A DNA stretch of 64,000 nucleotides from an uncultured Clostridia bacterium (GCA_945876755.1 CAMCPM010000004.1:10960-74959); one strand, 5' to 3'; numbered from the stretch's first letter, positions 17,415-27,123 are shown. A program made the numbers and translations. The notes: generated by a model not told the origin, from the sequence alone.

Positions 17415-18293
17415 ATGCAGGATAATTATTCCGGCAGAAACAGGCATAAGCGGAATATGTCGCTTCATTACAGCATGATAGCTTTTATAGTTCTTGTTAT
17501 ATTTGCAATACTTTCCGTGACGGTTTTTTTCAATATTGAAACTATTGAGATAGTCGGCTCGTCGATTTATTCCGCCGATGAAATTATTTCGGTAAGCGGT
17601 TTAGAGGGCGGCGACAACATGATACGCAAAAACATGAGCAAGGCGGAAAAGGCTGTCACCTCAGAACTGACTTATATCGAGACTGCCGAAATAAACCGCA
17701 AGCTGCCGTCATCGGTGGAGATCGTTGTAACTCCCTGCATAGAAACCGCTAGCCTTCAGAGCGAGGAGGGCTTTATCGTGGTGAGCGAGTCGGGCAAGAT
17801 ACTCAGATATGTTAAAGAGCCGGTCGAAAATACGCTTGTTTTTTACGGGGCAGAGCCTGCTGCGGAAATGTTTGTGGGCAAGACCTTTGCTTCTGCCGAC
17901 GAGGACAAAACCGAGGTCATATTTGAGCTTATGAAAAGGGCAGACAGCGGATTCGTTTCAAAGATCACAAGCTTTGATGTGACCGACAGGCTTAATGTAA
18001 GCTGCGTTTATGAAAATCGTATAGATATTCAGCTTGGCTTGGTTTCCGATATCGACTATAAATTCAGGCTTGCCGAGGAGATACTTACAACGAAAATTTC
18101 TCCCGACGCCGAGGGCAGGCTAAAAATGCTTGAAAACGGCGGACAGTTCCTGAGCAAAGCCGACCTTGAGCAGATAGACGAGAACTACCGTCTGAGCATG
18201 GAAACATCGGCAGTTACCGAAACAACGCCTCCCGAAACAAGTACGGAAAGCGTTTCTGACAGCAGCGAGTCAACAAAACTGAATTTTGAGTAA
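17415..18293 (+). CDS. ftsQ: FtsQ/DivIB-type cell division protein (TM plus POTRA)
   Basis: 292 aa. N-terminal TM, POTRA-like IETIEIVGSSIYSADEIISVSGL; sits directly upstream of ftsZ. Confidence 0.75.
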   Translation: MQDNYSGRNRHKRNMSLHYSMIAFIVLVIFAILSVTVFFNIETIEIVGSSIYSADEIISVSGLEGGDNMIRKNMSKAEKAVTSELTYIETAEINRKLPSSVEIVVTPCIETASLQSEEGFIVVSESGKILRYVKEPVENTLVFYGAEPAAEMFVGKTFASADEDKTEVIFELMKRADSGFVSKITSFDVTDRLNVSCVYENRIDIQLGLVSDIDYKFRLAEEILTTKISPDAEGRLKMLENGGQFLSKADLEQIDENYRLSMETSAVTETTPPETSTESVSDSSESTKLNFE

Positions 18294-18341
18294 GAAAAAT
18301 TAGAAACATTTGCTAAATTGCAGGTTTTTTTAATAAACCCC

Positions 18342-18370
18342 TTGAAATATTTATAAAAGTATGTTAAAAT
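18342..18370 (+). promoter_or_regulatory. Sigma-A promoter directly upstream of ftsZ
   Basis: TTGAAA (18342-18347), 17-bp spacer, extended -10 TGtTAAAAT (18362-18370). Confidence 0.55.
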
Positions 18371-18429
18371 AAATGTTGTGTATGTAATTATTTGATTATT
18401 ATTCAAATTTAAATAGGAGGACGTTGCAA

Positions 18430-19515
18430 ATGGGTTTTGCTGTTGATAATGAGGAGATTTATTCCGATATTAATATAAAAGTCGTAGGTGTCGGCGGAGG
18501 CGGCGGAAACGCCCTTAACTGCATGGCTACCGAGGGTATTTTCGACGTTGAATTCGTTGCTGTAAATACCGATGCGGCTGCTCTGCGTTCCTCCAAGGCT
18601 TCCACTAAGGTCCAGATCGGCGAAAAACTTACAAGAGGCCGCGGCGCAGGCAACAAGCCTGAGATCGGTGAGCGTTCCGCACAGGAAAACCGCGATGAGA
18701 TCGCAGCTGCTCTCAAGGGTGCAACTATGGTATTTATCGCAGCAGGTATGGGCGGCGGTACAGGTACAGGTGCAGCTCCCGTTGTTGCCGAGGTCGCAAA
18801 GGAAATGGATATCCTCACTGTTGCCGTTGTTACCAAGCCTTTCAATTTTGAGCAGAAAGCTAAGATGGTTCAGGCTGAGCGCGGTATCAGCGAGCTTATG
18901 AAAAATGTTGACTCTTTGGTTGTTATACCTAACGAGCGCCTTATTTCTTCCAGCGACAAGCCCCTTACAATGAAGGAAAGCTTCGCACTTGCAGATAATA
19001 TTCTTAAAACAGGTGTAAAGTCTATTGCAGAGCTTATCACAGTTGACGGCTTCATCAACCTTGACTTTGCAGACGTTGAGACCACCATGAAGAACGCAGG
19101 CTACGCTCATATGGCTATCGGTCACGGTTCGGGCAAGGATAAGGCTGCCGAGGCTGCAAATGCGGTAATCACCAGCCCGCTGCTTGAAACCTCTATCAGC
19201 GGCGCTACAAGACTTCTCGTTAACATTGTTATGTCCGAGGACGCACTTTCAACCGATATCGACACCGCTACAAAGCTTATTACAGAGGCTGCCGATCCCG
19301 ATGTTGAGCTTATCTTCGGTGCAAGCTTCGATGAAAATATGCAGGATGAGATCAACCTTACGGTTATTGCTTCCGGCTTTAAGAATCTCAGCGGCAATGT
19401 TGTAAAGGCTGATGAGCAGGCAGCAGGCGGCTCCGCTTCCGAGGATGCTCCCGCAGCTTCAAATGCAATTGACGACTACAGCGCACTTCTGGGAATTTTC
19501 AACGACAGAAACTGA
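18430..19515 (+). CDS. ftsZ: Cell division GTPase FtsZ
   Basis: Tubulin signature GGGTGTGAAPVVA and NTDAAAL. ATG 18430 lies 9 nt after GGAGG; the track ORF starts at the in-frame TTG 18424. Confidence 0.97.
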   Translation: MGFAVDNEEIYSDINIKVVGVGGGGGNALNCMATEGIFDVEFVAVNTDAAALRSSKASTKVQIGEKLTRGRGAGNKPEIGERSAQENRDEIAAALKGATMVFIAAGMGGGTGTGAAPVVAEVAKEMDILTVAVVTKPFNFEQKAKMVQAERGISELMKNVDSLVVIPNERLISSSDKPLTMKESFALADNILKTGVKSIAELITVDGFINLDFADVETTMKNAGYAHMAIGHGSGKDKAAEAANAVITSPLLETSISGATRLLVNIVMSEDALSTDIDTATKLITEAADPDVELIFGASFDENMQDEINLTVIASGFKNLSGNVVKADEQAAGGSASEDAPAASNAIDDYSALLGIFNDRN

Positions 19516-19547
19516 TTACATAAATCAACTTATTTATACCAAAGAAA

Positions 19548-19582
19548 ATGCCGTCGGGTATAACCTGACGGCATGATTTTTT
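19548..19582. terminator. Bidirectional terminator between ftsZ and the convergent gene
   Basis: Stem ATGCCGTC (19548-19555) / GACGGCAT (19567-19574). Flanked by AAAGAAAA and GATTTTTT. Confidence 0.85.
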
Positions 19583-20543
19583 ATGTTGCAGTGCTGTAAT
19601 CGACTCCTGCTTCGTTCAGCATTCCGCGAACCTTTTCAATATGTTTTTTGATATAAGGTTTATCAGTATTTGAATTGCGCTCCAACGCAACACGGAAGCT
19701 TTCTGCTGCTTTTTCCTTTTCGCCAAGTTTGCAGTAAAGCATTGCATAGTCAATGCAGTATAAATTCTTGCTTTCTTCCGGCAAAGCAAAATTCACATCA
19801 ATTTCCGCTGCTTTTTCGTGGATTTCAAGATTGAGATTATAAAGTTCAAGTGCCTTTTGATAATCTCCCATTATAAACAGGAAGCTGCGGTAACGATTGA
19901 ACAGACTAAATTTCATTGTCAGCGGCATAGCCCACCACTGCTGTAAAATATCTTCATTATCGTTATATGTTCGTATATAATTTTCTGTGTCATCTTTATA
20001 ATCATAATAATAAAGCAGCGTGTCAAGCTTTATTACTTTCTCCAAATCCTTTTGAGGGTCAAGCAATTTTATCATATCAAAGCACTCATCGACCTTATCG
20101 TCCATACACTCGGTTGCATAAACCGGCATAAGCTCGTTGATTATAAAAATCTTATCCTTGTTGCTTTTCGCAGCAGAAAGCTTAGCGGTAAGCCAATTTA
20201 TCCTTGTTTTTGAATCGCTTTTAGCGATTTCTTTTTTCTTTTTATTTCCGATAATACTTTTTGCAACGTCCGCTATTTCCATAATTCTCACGTACTTTGC
20301 TGTAAGAATAAGTGTTGCAAGTATTCCTATGATTACATACACAACCACTGCGCCGAGAAAAAGCAAAAACTTTTTGCCGAAACCGACAGGCACAAAAAAC
20401 AGTATTATCATTGAAATTACTGCAAAAGTGATCATATACGAAAGCATAAATTTATTTACAGAATCGTTGAATTCATTTTTATTTCTGCGTTCTTCCTCAA
20501 TTGCCGCGTCAAGCATTTCCCTCGTAACCTCAAACATATGCAA
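19581..20543 (-). CDS. Hypothetical membrane protein with C-terminal TPR-like helical repeats
   Basis: 320 aa. Two TM helices near residues 35-85, Lys-rich linker, then a helical repeat region (GDYQKALELY..., KLGEKEKAAESFRVAL). No family recognised. Confidence 0.5.
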   Translation of the reverse strand: MHMFEVTREMLDAAIEEERRNKNEFNDSVNKFMLSYMITFAVISMIILFFVPVGFGKKFLLFLGAVVVYVIIGILATLILTAKYVRIMEIADVAKSIIGNKKKKEIAKSDSKTRINWLTAKLSAAKSNKDKIFIINELMPVYATECMDDKVDECFDMIKLLDPQKDLEKVIKLDTLLYYYDYKDDTENYIRTYNDNEDILQQWWAMPLTMKFSLFNRYRSFLFIMGDYQKALELYNLNLEIHEKAAEIDVNFALPEESKNLYCIDYAMLYCKLGEKEKAAESFRVALERNSNTDKPYIKKHIEKVRGMLNEAGVDYSTAT

Positions 20544-20716
20544 ATCCCCTTTACGTCAAATATCAGAACAGCGCACTAATTAAAAAGTATAGTGCGCTGT
20601 TTGAGTCTGCCAAAAAGTAATTTTCGATATCGGGCGGATAATATCCGCCACTACAAAATGACTAAAAACACCATTTCATTGTTGTAGGAGACGGGTTTCC
20701 CGTCCCGTTAACTTTA

Positions 20717-23338
20717 TTACTTGTTAAGGGCCGCTATTGACTGTTCTATCTTAGCCATCTTCTCCTGTGCCTTTGCAAGCTTAGCCTTTTCAGCCTCGAC
20801 CTGCTGTGCCGGAGCCTTTGCAACAAAGCCCTGATTGTTCAGCTTGTTTGACGAGAAGTCAATATCCTTCTGAACTGCCGCCTTTTCCTTGTTAAGACGT
20901 GCAAGCTCCTTTTCCTTGTCAACAAGCTCGTCCATAGGAATGAAAATTCTTGCGCTGTCGGTAACAACTGTTACTGCGTCGGGCATTTCAACCTTTGCGG
21001 ATATCTCGATATCGGAAGCGGAAGCAAGTCTCTCGAAGAAAAGTCTGCCCTGTTCGAATATATCTGCTTCGGAAGTCTCAATGTGAAGAGCAGCCTTCTT
21101 TGAGGGCGGTACGTTCATTTCCGCACGGCGGTTTCTGATGCCTCTGATTGCAGCAATAATCTTTTCAAACTGTGCTTCCTCATCAGCAAAGTCAAGCTTT
21201 TCGTCGTATGTGGGGAACTTGGAGAGAATACACGGAACACCGCTGTCGGAAACAGCAGACCATATCTCCTCAGTGATGAACGGCATGAACGGGTGGAGAA
21301 GCTTCAGCATACCCTGCATTACCCATACAAGAACAGCCTGCGCTGTCTCGGCAGTTTCGCCGCCTGCGGCAATTCTCGGCTTGGTAAGCTCAATGTACCA
21401 GTCGCAGTAGATGTCCCAGATGAAGTCATAAAGCTTTGCAACTGCTACGCCTAGCTCGAAAGCTTCAAGGTTTTCGTTTACTTCCTTTGCAAGGCGGTTG
21501 AATTTGCTTATTACCCACTTGTCCTCAACGTTGAGATTTTCGGGCAGACCGTTCAGCTTGAAGTCATCGGGGAGATTCATCATAATGAAACGTGAAGCGT
21601 TCCAAAGCTTGTTTGCAAAGTTTCTTGAAGCCTTTACCTTTTCCTCCATATAACGCATATCGTTGCCCGGAGCGTTGCCCGTTGCAAGCATAAAGCGGAG
21701 AGCGTCTGCGCCGTACTTGTCTATCTCTTCAAGAGGGTCAACGCCGTTGCCAAGAGATTTGGACATCTTTCTTCCCTGAGAATCTCTTACAAGGCCGTGG
21801 ATAAGAACAGTATTGAAAGGAACTTCGCCCATATGCTCAATACCGCTGAACATCATTCTGATTACCCAGAAGAAGATGATATCATATCCCGTAACAAGGG
21901 TATTTGTGGGGTAGAAATACTTCAGGTCCTCGGTATTTTCGGGCCAGCCGAGAGTCGAGAAGGGCCAAAGCGCAGAGCTGAACCATGTGTCAAGGGTATC
22001 CTCGTCCTGTCTCATAGGCTTGCCGCACTTGGGGCAAACTGCACTGTTTTCCTTGGTAACCACCATTTCGCCGCAGTCGTCGCAGTAGAAAGCAGGTATC
22101 TGATGTCCCCACCAAACCTGACGGGAAATGCACCAGTCCTTGATATTTTCAAGCCAGTGATAATAAATCTTGTCAAAACGCTCGGGAACAAACTTTGTCT
22201 TGCCCGACTTAACAGCCTCGATAGCAGGCTTTGCAAGTGGTTCCATCTTAACGAACCACTGTGTGGAAACCTTAGGCTCAACGGTTGTTCCACAGCGGTA
22301 GCAGGTGCCTACGTTGTGAGCGTGGTCTTCGACCTTGATAAGTGCCCCCTCTGCTTCAAGGTCGGCAACGATAGCCTTACGCGCATCGTATCTGTCCATG
22401 CCTGCGTACTTGGGATAGTCCGCAACTATCTTAGCGTCGTCGGTCATAACGTTTATAACGGGCAGGTTGTGGCGGAGACCTACTTCAAAGTCGTTAGGGT
22501 CGTGTGCCGGAGTGATCTTTACAACGCCCGTACCGAAATCCATTTCAACATAAGTATCGGCAACAATGGGTATCTCACGGTGAACGATAGGAAGAATTAC
22601 TGTCTTGCCGACAAGGTGCTTGTAGCGCTCATCATCGGGGTGAACTGCAACGGCAGTATCGCCCAGAAGCGTTTCGGGACGTGTTGTTGCAAGCTCGATG
22701 TATCCGCTGCCGTCGGAAAGAGGGTAACGAAGATGCCAGAAATGACCTGCCTGATCCTCGTAGTTAACCTCTGCATCGGAGATGGAGGTCTTACAGTGAG
22801 GACACCAATTGATTATTCTCTCACCGCGGTAGATAAGTCCTTTGTTGTAAAGGTTGACGAAAACCTCACGGACAGCCTTGTTGCAGCCCTCGTCCATGGT
22901 GAAGCGCTCTCTCGACCAGTCGCAGGAGCAGCCAAGCTTTTTCAGCTGTTCAACGATACGTCCGCCGAATTTTTCCTTCCAAGCCCACGCACGTTCCATA
23001 AACTTTTCTCTGCCTATCTGCTCCTTAGTAAGCCCCTCTTCCGCCATAGCCGCAACTATCTTCGCTTCGGTAGCAATAGCGGCGTGGTCGGTGCCGGGGA
23101 GCCAAAGTGCAGCATAACCACTCATTCTCTTCCAGCGGATAAGAATATCCTGCAAGGTCTCGTCAAGGGCGTGACCCATGTGGAGCTGTCCGGTAATGTT
23201 CGGGGGAGGAATAACAATAGTGTAAGGTTTTTTGTCCGGGTCGCGGTAAGCCTTGAAGCAGTCGTTGTCCATCCAGAATTTATATATTTTATCCTCTACT
23301 TCCTTGGGGTCATAAAGCTTTGGCAGCTCTTTTTTCAT
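20717..23338 (-). CDS. valS: Valine--tRNA ligase
   Basis: 873 aa. Class I motifs PPPNITGQLHMGHA and KMSKSLGN; C-terminal coiled coil. Confidence 0.97.
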   Translation of the reverse strand: MKKELPKLYDPKEVEDKIYKFWMDNDCFKAYRDPDKKPYTIVIPPPNITGQLHMGHALDETLQDILIRWKRMSGYAALWLPGTDHAAIATEAKIVAAMAEEGLTKEQIGREKFMERAWAWKEKFGGRIVEQLKKLGCSCDWSRERFTMDEGCNKAVREVFVNLYNKGLIYRGERIINWCPHCKTSISDAEVNYEDQAGHFWHLRYPLSDGSGYIELATTRPETLLGDTAVAVHPDDERYKHLVGKTVILPIVHREIPIVADTYVEMDFGTGVVKITPAHDPNDFEVGLRHNLPVINVMTDDAKIVADYPKYAGMDRYDARKAIVADLEAEGALIKVEDHAHNVGTCYRCGTTVEPKVSTQWFVKMEPLAKPAIEAVKSGKTKFVPERFDKIYYHWLENIKDWCISRQVWWGHQIPAFYCDDCGEMVVTKENSAVCPKCGKPMRQDEDTLDTWFSSALWPFSTLGWPENTEDLKYFYPTNTLVTGYDIIFFWVIRMMFSGIEHMGEVPFNTVLIHGLVRDSQGRKMSKSLGNGVDPLEEIDKYGADALRFMLATGNAPGNDMRYMEEKVKASRNFANKLWNASRFIMMNLPDDFKLNGLPENLNVEDKWVISKFNRLAKEVNENLEAFELGVAVAKLYDFIWDIYCDWYIELTKPRIAAGGETAETAQAVLVWVMQGMLKLLHPFMPFITEEIWSAVSDSGVPCILSKFPTYDEKLDFADEEAQFEKIIAAIRGIRNRRAEMNVPPSKKAALHIETSEADIFEQGRLFFERLASASDIEISAKVEMPDAVTVVTDSARIFIPMDELVDKEKELARLNKEKAAVQKDIDFSSNKLNNQGFVAKAPAQQVEAEKAKLAKAQEKMAKIEQSIAALNK

Positions 23339-23450
23339 ATAAAACCAATCCTTTCATGCAAAAATAACAATACACATTAATAATATCATATTTTTTCGTA
23401 ATAATCAATATTTTGCATAAAAAAAACGGAATATTGTAAAATCGGCGATA

Positions 23451-23491
23451 TAAAAAATGATCTGAGAATAAAAGTCTTCCCAGATCATTTT
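23451..23491 (-). terminator. Intrinsic terminator after the CarD-like gene
   Basis: On the minus strand: AATGATCTG...CAGATCATT stem followed by TTTTTT. Confidence 0.75.
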
Positions 23492-23496
23492 AAGTG

Positions 23497-24003
23497 TTAA
23501 TTTTCAATTCTTGAACGGATAAACTCGCTGACTTCGTTTTCTTTTATTCCGAGGACAAAAGCAAATTCTCCGTGAAGCATATGCTCCGCAGCGGTAAAAG
23601 CTTTCTCGTCAGCGGCAATGAGATGTTTTCCGCTGTCCGCCCTTTTTTCACGTTCTTCGTAGATAGCTTTTATCATTCCGATTATACTTATAAAATCATC
23701 GCTCTTCAGCACTGAATCAAAATAAACCTTGCGCTCATTCTTGTCATTGTACCATATGCTTTCCGCCTGAGGTATGCTGTCTATTATTTCAAGTATCTCA
23801 TCCTTTGTAAGAACGCGTCTTACTTCCTTTTCTGCGGTTTTTACAGGAACGTAGTATGCCGAGTTTTTATACTCCACAGGAATGAGTTTATAATATTCGT
23901 TAATGGAAATTCCGTCAAATCTGTCAAAGCACCGTTCTGTTTTTTCTTCAATGCGGCAGATCTCTCCCGAACCGTATACAACATAGTCGCCTTTGTTAAA
24001 CAT
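23497..24003 (-). CDS. CarD/CdnL-family transcription regulator (RNAP-interacting domain)
   Basis: 168 aa. N-terminal MFNKGDYVVYGSGEICRIEE matches the CarD_CdnL_TRCF Tudor-like domain. Confidence 0.65.
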   Translation of the reverse strand: MFNKGDYVVYGSGEICRIEEKTERCFDRFDGISINEYYKLIPVEYKNSAYYVPVKTAEKEVRRVLTKDEILEIIDSIPQAESIWYNDKNERKVYFDSVLKSDDFISIIGMIKAIYEEREKRADSGKHLIAADEKAFTAAEHMLHGEFAFVLGIKENEVSEFIRSRIEN

Positions 24004-24148
24004 TCCTTTACCTCCAAGCCATGCAGAATTATTGTACTGAATTAAAGCGTGTTCATTTTTTATGAGTACACTTTAATTTTAACACGTTTTCCGGACTTTT
24101 TCAAAGGCACTTTTGCACAATTTTTTATGTTGATTATCAGCTGTCAGG

Positions 24149-26287
24149 CTATATGAAAAGCCGCATAATATTTGCCGCTGCGGCGCACAAAATTATTCCC
24201 GTAACAGTAGGGAGAAGAAATGCGGCGGCTGTCCACTTAATGCTGCCCGTTTCCTTTTTAACGGTAAGGCAGGTCGTGGAACAGGGGAAATGACACAGCA
24301 TAAAAATCACAGTGCATACCGCTGTAGTAATAGTCCAGCCGTTGTCAGTAAGAAGCTGTTTGAGAGAAGCAAGACTTTCATACTCTACGATTTTTCCCGT
24401 TGAAAGATATGCCATAAGCATTATAGGTACAACAATTTCGTTTGCAGGAAATCCGAGAATGAACGCAAGCAGTATTACTCCGTCCAAGCCGATAAAACGT
24501 GCAAAAGGGTCGAGAAAGTCTGCACATATGGTCAGCAGAGCAGCGTCTCCGATTTTTACTGCACCCAGAAGCCATATAACAAGTCCTGCCGGAGCAGCAA
24601 CCGCAACTGCTCTTCCGAGAACAAAAATTGTCCTGTCAAAAATTGAACGCACTATTACTTTTCCAATCTGCGGACGGCGGTAAGGCGGCAGCTCAAGCGT
24701 AAACGATGAGGGAACACCTTTAAGTACGGTAGCGGAAAGCAGTCTTGACATTGCAAGAGTAAGAATAACGCCGAGAATTATTACGCCTGTAAGAATTGCC
24801 ACAGCGGCAAAGCTTTGTCCGAAGCCGGCTGTGCCTGCTGTCATGAACATGGTTATCACTGCTATCAGAGTAGGCAGCCGTCCGTTGCAGGGGACAAAGC
24901 AGTTCGTAAGAATTGCAATGAGACGCTCACGGGGCGAATCAATAATGCGGCAGCCGGTCACTCCTGCGGCGTTGCAGCCGAAGCCCATAGCCATTGTAAG
25001 CGCCTGTTTTCCGCAGGCGTTTGCTTTTTTGAAGTATTTGTCAAGGTTGAACGCTGCACGGGGAAGATATCCCACGTCTTCAAGTAAAGTAAAAAGCGGA
25101 AAAAATATTGCCATGGGCGGAAGCATAACTGATGTTACCCATGCAAGCACACGGTAAATTCCGTCGATAAGCATTTCACGCAGCCATTCGGGTGTACCTA
25201 TTGAAGCAAGTCCCGACGAAAGCTTGTCGCCAAGTGAAAACAGTGCGCTGAACAACAGTGCTGATGGGTAATTTGCTCCCTCGATGGTTATCCAGAAAAT
25301 CAGCAGAAGCAGTGCTGCCATGACAGGTACGCCCCATATTTTGTGGGTAAGGATACGGTCAATGCGCCTGTCACGTTCATAATAATCGGGCTTTTCAAAA
25401 TCAACACATTCGGCGGCAATGCGTTCTGCCCGACGGATAACCGTGGATACGATAATATCTTTAAGCTTTGCAGAATCAATTCCGCAGCTGTCAAGGTATT
25501 GCAAAGCTTCTGAAACGGCAGCCGATATCTCCTCGTCCGAATCAATATCAAATCCAAGAAAGCTGCTTATTGATGCGTTAAGCTTTTCGTCACGGTCAAG
25601 AATTTTCAAAGCTGTCCAGCGTGGGGAAAGTATGCCGTCAAGCTTTTTTTCAAGTGTGGGAATAATGATGTTTAATGCGTTTTCAACCTCGTCCGGATAA
25701 ACTACGCAGGGCTTTCCCGACGATTTTCTTGCAATAGCTTCGGGCAGCTTCTCCATCATTTTGTCAATACCTTCGCCGCTTCTTGCCGCAGCTCCGCAGA
25801 CCGATACGCCAAGTTTTTCGGAAAGCTCCGCAAGGTCGACCTTGATTTTTTTCTTTTTTGCCTCGTCCAGAAGATTTACGCAGACAATAACGTTCTCGGT
25901 AATTTCAATAGTTTGCAGAACGAGATTGAGATTGCGTTCAAGACAGGTCGCATCGCATACAACAATAACTGCGTCGGGGTTGCCGAAGCAGATGAAGTCA
26001 CGGGCAACTTCCTCCTCGGCTGAATGTGCAAGCAGCGAGTATGTTCCCGGAATGTCTACCATAACATAGCTGTTTTCACCGCATTGACAGCGCCCCTGCG
26101 CATTCTGTACGGTTTTGCCCGTCCAGTTTCCCGTGTGCTGATTCATTCCGGTAAGAGCGTTGAAAACGGTTGATTTTCCGACGTTAGGATTTCCTGCAAG
26201 TGCAATGACTTTGTCCCCATCGTTTTTCTGAATAACAAATGCTTCTCCGCAGGCGTTTTTACCGACGGAGCCGGCAGTAAGTCCCAT
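24149..26287 (-). CDS. feoB: Ferrous iron transporter FeoB
   Basis: G-domain GNPNVGKSTVFNALTG, DIPG, then the polytopic permease. ATG at 26287 follows AAAGGAG by 8 nt; the track ORF starts at GTG 26296. Confidence 0.93.
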   Translation of the reverse strand: MGLTAGSVGKNACGEAFVIQKNDGDKVIALAGNPNVGKSTVFNALTGMNQHTGNWTGKTVQNAQGRCQCGENSYVMVDIPGTYSLLAHSAEEEVARDFICFGNPDAVIVVCDATCLERNLNLVLQTIEITENVIVCVNLLDEAKKKKIKVDLAELSEKLGVSVCGAAARSGEGIDKMMEKLPEAIARKSSGKPCVVYPDEVENALNIIIPTLEKKLDGILSPRWTALKILDRDEKLNASISSFLGFDIDSDEEISAAVSEALQYLDSCGIDSAKLKDIIVSTVIRRAERIAAECVDFEKPDYYERDRRIDRILTHKIWGVPVMAALLLLIFWITIEGANYPSALLFSALFSLGDKLSSGLASIGTPEWLREMLIDGIYRVLAWVTSVMLPPMAIFFPLFTLLEDVGYLPRAAFNLDKYFKKANACGKQALTMAMGFGCNAAGVTGCRIIDSPRERLIAILTNCFVPCNGRLPTLIAVITMFMTAGTAGFGQSFAAVAILTGVIILGVILTLAMSRLLSATVLKGVPSSFTLELPPYRRPQIGKVIVRSIFDRTIFVLGRAVAVAAPAGLVIWLLGAVKIGDAALLTICADFLDPFARFIGLDGVILLAFILGFPANEIVVPIMLMAYLSTGKIVEYESLASLKQLLTDNGWTITTAVCTVIFMLCHFPCSTTCLTVKKETGSIKWTAAAFLLPTVTGIILCAAAANIMRLFI

Positions 26288-26384
26288 GCAAATCACTCCT
26301 TTAAAGCTTATCTGTTAAGTCTATGCTTTGCACAGGTTGACCGATTACCTGAGTTTGAATATTTGACTTTTTTTGAAAAAAGTC

Positions 26385-26413
26385 TTTACAAGCACATTTT
26401 TTTGTGGTATAAT
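26385..26413 (+). promoter_or_regulatory. Sigma-A promoter of tRNA-Pro
   Basis: TTTACA (26385-26390), 17-bp spacer, extended -10 TGgTATAAT (26405-26413). Confidence 0.65.
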
Positions 26414-26440
26414 ATTTCATGTTCTGATTGAATATTATAT

Positions 26441-26517
26441 CGAGGTGTGGCTCAGTTTGGTAGAGCGCTGCGTTCGGGACGCAGAGGCCGTGGGTTCGAG
26501 TCCCGTCACCTCGACCA
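26441..26517 (+). tRNA. tRNA-Pro (anticodon CGG), CCA encoded
   Basis: Cloverleaf read by eye: acceptor CGAGGTG/CACCTCG, D-arm GCTC-AGTTTGGTA-GAGC, anticodon arm CTGCG-TTCGGGA-CGCAG (CGG), T-loop TTCGAGT, and A73-CCA. Confidence 0.9.
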
Positions 26518-26546
26518 TCAAAGGTCATAATTGAATATGGCAAAAG

Positions 26547-26586
26547 AAATTCCTCCATCGTGATTGACGGAGGAATTTTTGTTTTT
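26547..26586 (+). terminator. Intrinsic terminator after tRNA-Pro
   Basis: Stem AAATTCCTCC (26547-26556) / GGAGGAATTT (26569-26578), followed by TTGTTTTT. Confidence 0.8.
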
Positions 26587-26691
26587 ATTGTTATTCGGGA
26601 AGATATGGGTGTCAAAATGGATGTCAAAATATTTAACTATTCTGAAAAGGTCTTTTTACCCTTTGAAAAAGCCCTTTTCTCCTGCATTTTA

Positions 26692-27105
26692 TTAAAGTAT
26701 CATCATAAATGTTCCTGCCGCAATAAGCAGACAGCCGATGATTGTTTTTGCGCTCGGTGTTTCGTGAAGCACAAGAAAGGCCAGTACAACGCTTATTACA
26801 ACGCTGAGCTTGTCGATGGGTATTACCTTTGAAGCTTCTCCCATTTGCAGAGCCTTGTAGTAAAATATCCAGCTAAGACCTGTTGCTATACCCGAAAGTG
26901 CAAGAAAAATCCAGCTTTTTGAGCTGATGTCGGATATGCCGCTGTGCTTTCCTGTGAAGAAAACTATTCCCCATGACATCACAAGAACAACAGCTGTGCG
27001 TATTGCCGTGGCAAGAGTGGAGTCTATCTTTTCAAGTCCGATTTTGGCAAGAATTGAAGTCAGCGCTGCAAAAACTGCGCTTAATATCGCATATAATATC
27101 CACAT
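26692..27105 (-). CDS. Small EamA-domain (DMT superfamily) transporter
   Basis: About 137 aa, 4-5 TM segments. WILYAILSAVFAALTSILAKIGL and the C-terminal IGCLLIAAGTFMM are typical of a single EamA domain. The start could also be TTG 27123. Confidence 0.7.
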   Translation of the reverse strand: MWILYAILSAVFAALTSILAKIGLEKIDSTLATAIRTAVVLVMSWGIVFFTGKHSGISDISSKSWIFLALSGIATGLSWIFYYKALQMGEASKVIPIDKLSVVISVVLAFLVLHETPSAKTIIGCLLIAAGTFMMIL

Positions 27106-27123
27106 AAGATCACCGCTTTTCAA

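Noticed and set aside
21797-23380. A 527-aa plus-strand ORF.
   Set aside because: It is antisense to valS, which is confirmed by its HIGH and KMSKS motifs. It is the same codon-usage artefact. The same reasoning dismisses 28078..29052 (antisense pheT), 16309..17142 (antisense murA), 11703..12572 (antisense murEF), 18409..19125 (antisense ftsZ), 42958..43719 (antisense aspS) and the other shadow ORFs in the track.
23339-23496. An expected T-box leader upstream of valS.
   Set aside because: The spacer is only about 158 bp. It consists of the upstream gene's terminator plus an AT-rich promoter region, and contains no AGAGA box or GGGUGGUACC core, so valS does not appear to be T-box controlled here.
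26365-26384. A GAC-T7-G-A6-GTC near-palindrome between feoB and tRNA-Pro, considered as a Fur-type operator for feoB. The absence of a feoA gene was also noted.
   Set aside because: It bears no resemblance to the Fur box (GATAATGATAATCATTATC or 7-1-7). It is essentially an A/T homopolymer pair abutting the tRNA promoter -35. feoA may be elsewhere. The evidence is insufficient for a claim.
26301-26627. A 108-aa minus-strand ORF.
   Set aside because: It overlaps and is antisense to the tRNA-Pro gene, its promoter and its terminator. It has no RBS.
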